Below are positions 1 to 6,961 of a stretch of DNA of 13,519 bases, in pieces (position 1 is the first letter of the stretch; each line of letters opens with the position of its first letter). The DNA comes from a virus (Duplodnaviria > Heunggongvirae > Uroviricota > Caudoviricetes): the IMG/VR virus record IMGVR_UViG_3300027851_000011. One strand, 5' to 3'. The notes under the pieces were generated by a model. It searched no databases, was not told the origin of the DNA, and was given only the letters and a program-made list of their open reading frames with translations. The translations under genes were made by a program, and so were the position numbers.

Positions 1-1688
1 TGCAGCTCAATGGCGCCAGGGTACACCGGAGGCGGCTCGACGATGGCCGGGCATGGGTTGATGAAGTCGGCGCCATTGAGCTGCACCCACGGCGAGTAGT
101 AGCGGAACGCGAGGTCCGTCGAGCCGGGGCCGTTGGCCTCGGCGACGAAGCGGGCAGCGAGGCCGTTGAGCCCGATGCACGGCGGGATCTGGTACTGCGT
201 CGTGAACTGCTGCCGGTTCGGCAGCGCGAACGGCTCCCAGGTGTCGCTCACGGGAATCGTCAGGTAGCCGGTGCTGGTGGCAATCTGCCAGTAGAGATCG
301 ACGAAGGCAATGTTGGTCCAGCCGGCCGAGCCGACGAGCGTCATCAGGTGATCTTCGTCGACGGTGATGCTGTCGACTATCGGGTTCGGCGGAACGAGGA
401 CGTTCTCGAACACGTCGTATGCAGCGACGGTGCCGGCGTCGATGAGGCCAGCACCTGTTGATGCGACGCGGTCGCTGTCGAACGACACAGACTGAGCAGC
501 CATCGGGTCGGGGACTGTGTCTTCTGGCGACAGCAGCTGGTCGTTCATACCGAGCGCGTACTGGTCGCCAGTCAGCTCCTGCGTCGCGTATGCCACAGGC
601 GCAGACGACGCGAGCACATACTGAATGATGTTGAGGCCATCGCCGAGTGCTGAAGCACCAAAGACCGTCACGCGGCCATAGGCATACATCTGCTGATTTG
701 CCTGCTTGCAGCGCAGCCGGATCTGAAGCGTCTGGCCTGCCGTCAGCGTGGCGAGCACCGTTCCAGCCGCGATGACATGCGGCGTACTCGTGTTCACCCA
801 CGCTGGAGTCGTCCAGTTGGAGCCGTTGATGACCCACTGGTCGTCAGGAGCCGTCATCGGCAGCGTCCCGCCGTTGTCACCAGACACGACGCGGACGTCC
901 TCAGCGAACGGGCCGATGGTCAGGATGCGCGAGTCGAGCGCATCGAGCGCAATGGTTCCGGTCGTTGCCGGGAACGTGTCTTCGACGCGGTACGTCCGCA
1001 GCGGGCGGATGTAGCCGGACTGCCCATAGAGCTGCGCGACTTCGGCGTCGGTCAGCGCTCGGTTCCAAATAGCGATGTCGTCGATGCGCGCCTGGAGGCC
1101 CTCGGCGATCTGCACCGGATACGTCGGGTCATGGCCAATCACACCAGAGACGAAGGTCTCGCCGACCTTGACGCCATCACGATAGAGCCGGACATAGTTG
1201 CCATCGAACGTGCCGACGTAGTGATGCACGCCGCTGAAGTCGGTCTCTGTATAGCTGGCGACGTACGGCGATGTCGCAGCGTCCATCACCTTGAACACGA
1301 TCATGTTGCCGCCGCCGGGGAGAACGCCGAGATACCACCCGAGATTATCGGCGTTCGAGCTGCTCTTGTGTGCCAGCGCGTGCTTGGTCCCCCACATTGC
1401 ATTGAACGCTGTGCCGTCGAACAGCACCCAGGCTTGGACCGAGACGTACGGACACAGCCGGTTCCAGTACATGTCAGACGCGTCGATCAGCCCGATGGCA
1501 TTGGCGTCCGTGGGCCGCACGCTGTAGCCAGCGCCAAGCAGCGGCTTGCCGGCCTGCTGGTACTGGATGTTGCCCTGCGCGACGGCGTCGTAGCGACGCG
1601 GCGTCGAGTCAAGCAGGTTGCCGCTCGCGTCGTCGCAGCGCAGCCACGCGAGCAGTCCATTGGCCTGGGAGTTGTCGGGTGTCGTCAC
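1..1688 (-). CDS. LamG / concanavalin A-like lectin (Laminin_G_3-type) domain virion/tail protein, at least 562 aa, 3' end outside the window
   Basis: Manual translation from GTG 1688 (4 nt after the upstream TGA; frame closed by TGA at 1740-1742) gives MTTPDNSQANGLLAWLRCDDASGNLLDS... open to base 1. It contains LamG-like motifs SVQAWV, HYVGTFDGNYVRLYRDG (~1174-1224) and IDDIAIWNRALTDAEVAQLY (~1026-1085). Missing from the ORF track because there is no stop in the window. Confidence 0.85.
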   Translation of the reverse strand, partial: MTTPDNSQANGLLAWLRCDDASGNLLDSTPRRYDAVAQGNIQYQQAGKPLLGAGYSVRPTDANAIGLIDASDMYWNRLCPYVSVQAWVLFDGTAFNAMWGTKHALAHKSSSNADNLGWYLGVLPGGGNMIVFKVMDAATSPYVASYTETDFSGVHHYVGTFDGNYVRLYRDGVKVGETFVSGVIGHDPTYPVQIAEGLQARIDDIAIWNRALTDAEVAQLYGQSGYIRPLRTYRVEDTFPATTGTIALDALDSRILTIGPFAEDVRVVSGDNGGTLPMTAPDDQWVINGSNWTTPAWVNTSTPHVIAAGTVLATLTAGQTLQIRLRCKQANQQMYAYGRVTVFGASALGDGLNIIQYVLASSAPVAYATQELTGDQYALGMNDQLLSPEDTVPDPMAAQSVSFDSDRVASTGAGLIDAGTVAAYDVFENVLVPPNPIVDSITVDEDHLMTLVGSAGWTNIAFVDLYWQIATSTGYLTIPVSDTWEPFALPNRQQFTTQYQIPPCIGLNGLAARFVAEANGPGSTDLAFRYYSPWVQLNGADFINPCPAIVEPPPVYPGAIEL

Positions 1689-1692
1689 AGGA

Positions 1693-3759
1693 TCAGCCGA
1701 TCGTGTAGCGCTTGAGGACGATGTTCTTGATGCCGACGGTCAGGTAATAGACAGATGAGTTCGAGCTGTAGAGGTTGCAGACATCGAGCATCATTGCGGA
1801 TTTGCCGTTGTTGTTGACGAGCATCTTGCCGCCGTAGACACCACGATTCGTGCTGTACGACGTACCGAGCGCTGCTGGCCATGGCGTCGAGAGGCTACCG
1901 TAAGGAAGGTAGTCCCAATACTTCGTCTGTGAGTAGTTGCCCGCTGCGAACCGAAGCGTCTGGTAGCGATCGCCGCCGGTGTACGAGCCGTCGCCGAAGT
2001 TGCCGATGCCTGTGTCGAGGTACGAGAAGAAGTAGCTTTCGTTGGTGCTCAGGTCACCGCTAGGCGTGTTTGGCACGCGTCCGAAGTATTCATACTCGAC
2101 CGTGTAGAATGACTTGCCGTCGGTGGTCGGGATGAGCCCGCTGAAGTCGAGGATGAGGCCGAAGTACTTCGTGGTGTCCCATGAGGTCCATCCCCAGCTT
2201 GTGAGCAGCCACTCGTTGGTGCCGTCGGCCTTCGTCCAGCGCTGCGTCGCGTCGAGGTTGCTGTGCTCGCGCTGTGCGACACGAACCGAGACGCCGCTTC
2301 CAAGCGTGATCGCGACGGCATCAGTGTTCATGCCGCTTGTGTACCACGCGCTGTCGCGTGCCACGTTACGGACATAGCTCGGCGTCAGCAGTCCAGCGGC
2401 TGTGAAGTCGATTGGGATCGTATCAGCAAGCACTGGCGTCGAGGCACCAGCAGTCGGCGCAGCAACCTCGACTACACCGTCGTAGTCGAGCGCGAACGAC
2501 TGACCACGCGGGTTGGCCCAGATCGAGTACCAGTTCTTGCCCGTGTTCGGATCGGTCTTCTTGCCGGGCGTCATCACGCGGTCACCGAGTGCGAGGCCGG
2601 GGAAGTAGTAGGCGTCCTCCCACTTGTGCAGCGACTGGAGGTTCGGCTGCTTCACGGAGTGGATGCGGCCGAAGTAGGTGCCGGCGCCCATGTTGCGGTA
2701 CGGGAGGATGCACGGGCGGTGCAGCACGTGTACGCCGCTTCCATTCACAACCGCAGGGCTCGGACGTGGATAGACGTCGCTCGGGGCATTCCACACAACG
2801 GCGTCGTCGAGGTAGTCGATCGAGCGCACGAACATGTGCACGACGGTGTCAGGATACCCATAGAACACGTTGTCGAAGGTGCGAGCTGCGCCCATCGACA
2901 CGGTGCCGAGGTCTCCATTTCCACCGTTGGCAAAGATGCTGGTCGCATTGAAATCGGTCGTGTACGTCGAGCCGAGATCGAAGAACGCGACGGGGTCGAT
3001 AGTGTCACGCAGCACATCGTCGACCTCAGCACGAGCGCGGCCGGGGATGCGCCCGCCATGGAACGCAGCCATGAAGTTCAGGATGTTCGCGGTCTCAGCG
3101 CGACGCGTCGGATGTGTGCCGACCTGAACGACGAGGCCAGCCTTGCCAAGGTGCACGAAGATGCGGTTGACGAACAGCAGCTGCTGCATGTTCGCGTCAG
3201 ACCAGCTCGACCACAGCTTCCATTCGCGGAAGCCGGTGATGGCGCCGCCTTCACCCTCACAATAGCTCGTCGTGGCTTGGCTGTTGTCCTGCTGCCCGTA
3301 GTTGTAGGTGTACCCGCCGCCGTTGTAGAGGTAGCGCGGCGTGCGCATGTCGCCGATCAGCAGACGATCAGCGCGACGACGGAAGTGCCGGAATCCGACG
3401 TTGTGACCACAGTAGTAGCCGACAGTCCCACCGATCCACTGATTCGCGCTTCCAGACCACGTGCGATAGATCGAGTGCAGAAGGCCGAGACACGGACGGT
3501 ACGGCGTCGGGTTCGACACACCGCCCGGCGTGTAGTAGCCATTCGTCGGGTAGTCGAACCAGAAGTGGTCATTCGTGCTCGCGCCGGGATCGCGCTCCGC
3601 GACAGCAGGATCAGCGAGATCGTAGCTGTTGATGGCCAGCGGGATCATGCCGACGGTCTGAAGCGCCCGCGCCATGTAGTGAGCAAACCGCTGCTTGGTG
3701 AAGAACTGCGGCTTGGTGTCGATGAACGTCTTGGGCGGGATGTCCTGGCCGTATTCCAT
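1693..3759 (-). CDS. Putative virion structural / tail-fibre-like protein (688 aa)
   Basis: Long ORF with GC3-biased codons, AAAGG 6 nt before ATG, G/N/T/S/Y/W-rich beta-type composition, located between two other virion-like genes; remote similarity to the 489-aa neighbour. Function is inferred. Confidence 0.7.
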   Translation of the reverse strand: MEYGQDIPPKTFIDTKPQFFTKQRFAHYMARALQTVGMIPLAINSYDLADPAVAERDPGASTNDHFWFDYPTNGYYTPGGVSNPTPYRPCLGLLHSIYRTWSGSANQWIGGTVGYYCGHNVGFRHFRRRADRLLIGDMRTPRYLYNGGGYTYNYGQQDNSQATTSYCEGEGGAITGFREWKLWSSWSDANMQQLLFVNRIFVHLGKAGLVVQVGTHPTRRAETANILNFMAAFHGGRIPGRARAEVDDVLRDTIDPVAFFDLGSTYTTDFNATSIFANGGNGDLGTVSMGAARTFDNVFYGYPDTVVHMFVRSIDYLDDAVVWNAPSDVYPRPSPAVVNGSGVHVLHRPCILPYRNMGAGTYFGRIHSVKQPNLQSLHKWEDAYYFPGLALGDRVMTPGKKTDPNTGKNWYSIWANPRGQSFALDYDGVVEVAAPTAGASTPVLADTIPIDFTAAGLLTPSYVRNVARDSAWYTSGMNTDAVAITLGSGVSVRVAQREHSNLDATQRWTKADGTNEWLLTSWGWTSWDTTKYFGLILDFSGLIPTTDGKSFYTVEYEYFGRVPNTPSGDLSTNESYFFSYLDTGIGNFGDGSYTGGDRYQTLRFAAGNYSQTKYWDYLPYGSLSTPWPAALGTSYSTNRGVYGGKMLVNNNGKSAMMLDVCNLYSSNSSVYYLTVGIKNIVLKRYTIG

Positions 3760-3799
3760 GTGCTGCCTTTAGGTCTGTGGTGTGCCGGGCGTTGACGCG

Positions 3800-5269
3800 T
3801 TACGGCGAGGCCGGGATCGTGGTCACGTTCGAGTTGTCAGGCCACACGACAACGATGTTCGGGTTGCGCCCGCCGTCGGTCACACGCGCGACACGGTAGG
3901 TGAGGCGCGTGCGCTTGTCGACGATCGTGTTCCACGGCAGGAGATAGCTGGAGCAGACGCCGAACTTCGGGATGTGCCGCAGACCGTTGCGGATGTCGTA
4001 CATCGCCATGTATTCGGTCGTGAGCACGCCGACGTTCGTGCTGCTGCTGGTGTTCTGGCCCGTGTAGTAGCCACCGGCGTGGTTCGCTGCGAGGTGCGAC
4101 ACGCGGTAGAGGTCGTCGAAGTTCGACTGGAACAGACCGAGGGTGGCCTGGAACGTGGTCATCCACTCGGTGTTGCCGGTGGTATTGTGGAAGTTCACTG
4201 GCGTCAGCCAGTGCTCGCGCGGACCAATCAGCATGTCACGGTCGTCAGAAGGCGAACGCGACGCGCAGTTGGCAGTACCGCGAGCGATCATGCCGACGAC
4301 ACGGCCGGTGTGATGCTTGCGGTCGCCGACAGTCTCGACGAAGCGGTAGTTGCGGTCGTAGGATCGGACGTTGCCACGCAGCTCGAACGCGATGCCCTGG
4401 GCGCCCCAGGTGCGCTCACGATCACGGGTGCCGAACATCGTCTCATCGGGGTAGTAGGCAGCGACGAAGAAGTGCGCGACGTTGTTGTAGTTGCTGTCCG
4501 TACCGCCCTCGACGTAGATGCCGTCTTCACCACAGATGAAGAGGAAGTCGTTCTGCTTGACCACATCGTAGGCGATCGTCATCGGCAGCGAGGTGTTCGT
4601 CGAACGCTGTGCACCAGTCTTGGTGTTGTTCTCCAGGAACGACCCGACCTGGATGTTTGGCCCGGCCGAGTTGTACTTCACGTGCAGGCCGCAGTGCTGG
4701 TAGTAGTTGTCGCCGGTGTACCACCAGTGCCAGTGCGGAGTCGCGACGAGGTTGAACCCGCTGACAGTCGCGACAGCAGCGGCGAAGTTCTCGATCGTGT
4801 TCTCGATCGTGTCGCCGATCACGACGGCGATGCGGCCAGCGGTCACACCGCCGGTGGTTTCGAACTCGAACACCTTGGTCGTGATGCCGTCGGTGATGGT
4901 CACGGTGTCGCCGTCAGTCGGCAGCGCCGAGAACTGTACCCAACCAGCGGCCTTGGTGGACTCATCGGCGCCGAAGGCTCCACCAGCCATGTCGCCCTTC
5001 GTGATCGCAGCACCGCTGACGGTGATCGTCTGGTTGCCCGACGGGCCGTACTTGGTGCTCACGAAGTCGATACGGAAGCGTTCGGGACGCAGGTAGTAGT
5101 TGTCGGTCAGCGAGACCGCGCCGCCGTTGCTCCAGTTCGCCAGCACCCATCCAGCGTCGATGAGCGCCGTGTGCAGCGCGCGGATGATGTGGCCGTATGT
5201 GTGCGACAGGCCGATGACAGGGGCCTGCGGACGGAACGACCACGTTGAACGCTTCCATTCGTTGGACAT
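3800..5269 (-). CDS. Putative virion structural / tail-fibre-like protein (489 aa)
   Basis: Long ORF with A-rich leader AAAGAGAGCATCCC; N-terminal ALHTALIDAGW segment; internal GWVQFSALPTDGDTVTITDG...VFEF...V.IG.T...T.ENFAAAV module that resembles a module I recall from phage tail proteins. Confidence 0.7.
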   Translation of the reverse strand: MSNEWKRSTWSFRPQAPVIGLSHTYGHIIRALHTALIDAGWVLANWSNGGAVSLTDNYYLRPERFRIDFVSTKYGPSGNQTITVSGAAITKGDMAGGAFGADESTKAAGWVQFSALPTDGDTVTITDGITTKVFEFETTGGVTAGRIAVVIGDTIENTIENFAAAVATVSGFNLVATPHWHWWYTGDNYYQHCGLHVKYNSAGPNIQVGSFLENNTKTGAQRSTNTSLPMTIAYDVVKQNDFLFICGEDGIYVEGGTDSNYNNVAHFFVAAYYPDETMFGTRDRERTWGAQGIAFELRGNVRSYDRNYRFVETVGDRKHHTGRVVGMIARGTANCASRSPSDDRDMLIGPREHWLTPVNFHNTTGNTEWMTTFQATLGLFQSNFDDLYRVSHLAANHAGGYYTGQNTSSSTNVGVLTTEYMAMYDIRNGLRHIPKFGVCSSYLLPWNTIVDKRTRLTYRVARVTDGGRNPNIVVVWPDNSNVTTIPASP

Positions 5270-5284
5270 GGGATGCTCTCTTTA

Positions 5285-5491
5285 CTAGGCAGCAGGGGTT
5301 GTGGCGAGCGCGCTGTTGGCACCAAGGCCAGGAGGAATCCAGCCCGGACGCAGATCAGCCGGAAGTTCGAACGGCGGGGGCGGCAGGGGCGGCGGATCGG
5401 GCGGAGCCGGCGGCGGCTCGGTCGGCAGCGGAGCGCCGGTCAGCAGATCGTACAGCGGGCCGATTTCTGGTTCGGGTTCTTGGTCTGGCAT
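5285..5491 (-). CDS. Small proline-rich hypothetical protein (68 aa)
   Basis: Fills the gap between two larger genes; CCC-ATG start like its neighbours; CCG-rich codons; ends in tandem stops TAG TAA. Confidence 0.6.
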   Translation of the reverse strand: MPDQEPEPEIGPLYDLLTGAPLPTEPPPAPPDPPPLPPPPFELPADLRPGWIPPGLGANSALATTPAA

Positions 5492-5530
5492 GGGACGCTC
5501 GGGGCTGTCAGGTTGCAGTCAGGCCACCAC

Positions 5531-5539
5531 AGCATACCA
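5531..5539 (-). promoter_or_regulatory. Possible extended -10 internal promoter (TGGTATGCT)
   Basis: TGn-TAnnnT match in the 82-nt gap, ~40 nt upstream of ATG 5491; no convincing -35. Confidence 0.25.
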
Positions 5540-5573
5540 GCAGCTGCGCCGGCCAAAAGCAGCGGCCCAGCGG

Positions 5574-6236
5574 TCAAGCTAATGCGTCAGCGTCGTCGAA
5601 AGGCCCGAAGATGCTCAGGCACTTGCTCGCTTCCCACGCCCACTTCCGGTTATCAGCGCCGAGGCGCAGCATGAAGGAGTAGGTCTGCATGGCGACCCAC
5701 CGGCGGCTCATGTCGCTCGGCGAGTAGGAGACGTCGCCGATCTTGACCGTGCGCCAGCGGTGCACTTCGGCACGCATGCTGTAGGCCCCGTTGATGAACT
5801 TCACGAGGCCGCCGAACTGAGCGTTGCCACTGTGACGATCAGACGGCGGCAGGAGCGCAGCAGCTCGTGTCGCCGCGATCAGCACGCTCTTGAAGTAGAT
5901 CATCCGGTTCTCGGGATCACCATTTGTCTTGAAGTCGCTGCCAAGCCCATCACCGATCGGTCCAGTCAGGCGGTTCTGTGCGCTCGCACCTTGCAGCGTG
6001 ATGTTCAGCTTGCCGTCGGATGTGAACCAGGAACGCAGCAGCTGGTACTCGTCGCACAGATGCCGCCAGCACTGTGCCGGGAACGAGTTGGTGTCGTCAG
6101 TCTCCAGTCGCGCTGTGCTGTAGCGGATCGGCATGTGCCGATCAGCCCACTGCTCAGGCGTGCTGGTGATGAAGTCGGTGAGGGCGTTGCCCTGGCCGTC
6201 GGTGATGAGGGCGACGACTGACTTGGTGAGCGCCAT
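5574..6236 (-). CDS. Hypothetical protein (220 aa)
   Basis: Clean ORF with typical codon bias and an A-rich leader GAAAACGAAAAACGAGAAAGAGACC-ATG; no recognisable motif. Confidence 0.8.
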   Translation of the reverse strand: MALTKSVVALITDGQGNALTDFITSTPEQWADRHMPIRYSTARLETDDTNSFPAQCWRHLCDEYQLLRSWFTSDGKLNITLQGASAQNRLTGPIGDGLGSDFKTNGDPENRMIYFKSVLIAATRAAALLPPSDRHSGNAQFGGLVKFINGAYSMRAEVHRWRTVKIGDVSYSPSDMSRRWVAMQTYSFMLRLGADNRKWAWEASKCLSIFGPFDDADALA

Positions 6237-6244
6237 GGTCTCTT

Positions 6245-6279
6245 TCTCGTTTTTCGTTTTCGGTGCGCGTTGAACGCGC
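6245..6279 (-). promoter_or_regulatory. 15-bp palindrome GCGCGTT-G-AACGCGC (6265-6279) next to the A-rich leader motif GAAAACGAAAAACGAGA (6245-6261)
   Basis: Both seen directly in the 50-nt intergenic gap; the leader motif recurs almost exactly at 7947-7962 on the + strand. Confidence 0.45.
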
Positions 6280-6286
6280 GGCGATC

Positions 6287-6496
6287 TCAGCAGACGGGAG
6301 GCGTGTAGACGAACTCGCCTGCTTTCGGCTTCGGCTCGTTCACATGGTCGACGACGCGCAAGATGGCGCCCGTCGCCATCGGCATGTCGTGCGTGTCGGT
6401 GACACGCTCGTCGGGGCTGTTCACCAGCTCTTCGTACTCGGCGCGCTGTTCGGGCGTGCTGATGTCGAAGACGCTGACTCGCTTCTCGGCTGGCAT
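6287..6496 (-). CDS. Hypothetical protein (69 aa, MPAEKRVSVFDISTPEQRAEYEELV...); first gene of the leftward arm
   Basis: 3' half of track ORF 6287..6670. Start moved to ATG 6496 because coding-like codon usage begins there and the upstream extension runs through palindromes. Confidence 0.65.
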   Translation of the reverse strand: MPAEKRVSVFDISTPEQRAEYEELVNSPDERVTDTHDMPMATGAILRVVDHVNEPKPKAGEFVYTPPVC

Positions 6497-6503
6497 GGTC
6501 GCC

Positions 6504-6531
6504 AGCCTACGCCGCCGGCCGGCGCCGGCAA
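6504..6531 (-). promoter_or_regulatory. Candidate sigma70-type leftward promoter TTGCCG-N16-TAGGCT, 7 nt before ATG 6496 (leaderless geometry)
   Basis: -35-like at 6531-6526 and -10-like TAnnnT at 6509-6504; the spacer contains the perfect palindrome CGCCGGCCGGCG (6513-6524). Confidence 0.4.
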
Positions 6532-6532
6532 G

Positions 6533-6663
6533 ACAAGGTGACGGATTACCTTGTGCCGATGTTGCGCACGGACGCGCAACCTGCTGGCAATGGTCCAGAC
6601 CAACACAGAACCGGCCGGTTTTGATCCGGCCACCGTCTGGCCACCGCCGGTGGCCGACGGTGG
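6533..6663. repeat. Cluster of short inverted repeats / hairpins
   Basis: ACAAGGTGA-CGGA-TTACCTTGT (6533-6554); GTTGCGC-ACGGAC-GCGCAAC (6561-6580); AACCGGCCGGTT (6609-6620); CCACCGTC-T-GGCCACCG-C-CGGTGGCC-GACGGTGG (6630-6663). Confidence 0.85.
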
Positions 6664-6709
6664 TGGCCACGAGCCTAACACCATGGCGTACAACTGCATG
6701 TGGCGGAAG

Positions 6710-6879
6710 TTACCCACCTCCCCACCTGACCTCTGCTATTTAGGGTGTCGCCTTGCGCATGCAGATTTGTAGATCTACTCAAACAAAGTGACGTCTAAAT
6801 CGAGTAGATTTACATTTCTGCGTGTTCCGATCGACACCCTCTCCCTGAGATTTCTCTTTTGAGGTGGGGAGGTGGGTAA
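6710..6879. repeat. 170-nt nested imperfect palindrome
   Basis: Perfect 18-bp arms TTACCCACCTCCCCACCT (6710-6727) / AGGTGGGGAGGTGGGTAA (6862-6879); 9-bp AGGGTGTCG (6742-6750) / CGACACCCT (6832-6840); 24-bp stem 6757-6780 / 6802-6825 with 19 Watson-Crick pairs, 3 G.T and 2 T.T; 21-nt loop 6781-6801. Confidence 0.92.
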
Positions 6880-6961
6880 AGAGAGTTGTAAGAGATTAGA
6901 ATAGAAGAAGTTACTGCGGTCCACCCACCTCCTTACCCACCTCACCCACCGTCGAGGTGGG
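6713..6961. repeat. Iteron-like CCCACCTC octamer array (candidate replication origin)
   Basis: Perfect copies on + at 6713, 6924, 6936 and on - at 6861, 6869, 6954; variants CCCACCTG (6721) and CCCACCGT (6945); they flank an AT/purine-rich tract (6878-6913). The repeats are certain; the origin role is inferred. Confidence 0.7.

Noticed and set aside
7-837. Track ORF 7..837 (-), 276 aa
   Set aside because: Alternative frame inside the LamG gene; R/H/P-rich off-frame composition.
1685-1742. Readthrough or frameshift fusing the 688-aa gene to the LamG gene
   Set aside because: Genes are in different frames with no slippery heptamer; a GTG 4 nt after the stop is enough for coupled initiation.
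777-5248. Long + strand ORFs 777..1715, 2263..3795 and 3782..5248
   Set aside because: Codon-aligned antisense shadows of the real minus-strand genes, expected at high GC3; translations are R/V/D/A-rich with no motifs.
6158-6466. STPEQ pentapeptide shared by the 69-aa and 220-aa ORFs
   Set aside because: Too short, different codons and no flanking similarity; likely chance.
6497-6670. N-terminal extension of ORF 6287..6670 from GTG 6670
   Set aside because: Runs through palindromes and a candidate promoter; ATG 6496 fits better.
6710-6879. MITE or protelomerase (telRL-like) site interpretation
   Set aside because: No target-site duplication (flanks GGAAG / AGAGA); the palindrome is interrupted by large loops; no transposase, recombinase or protelomerase in the window.
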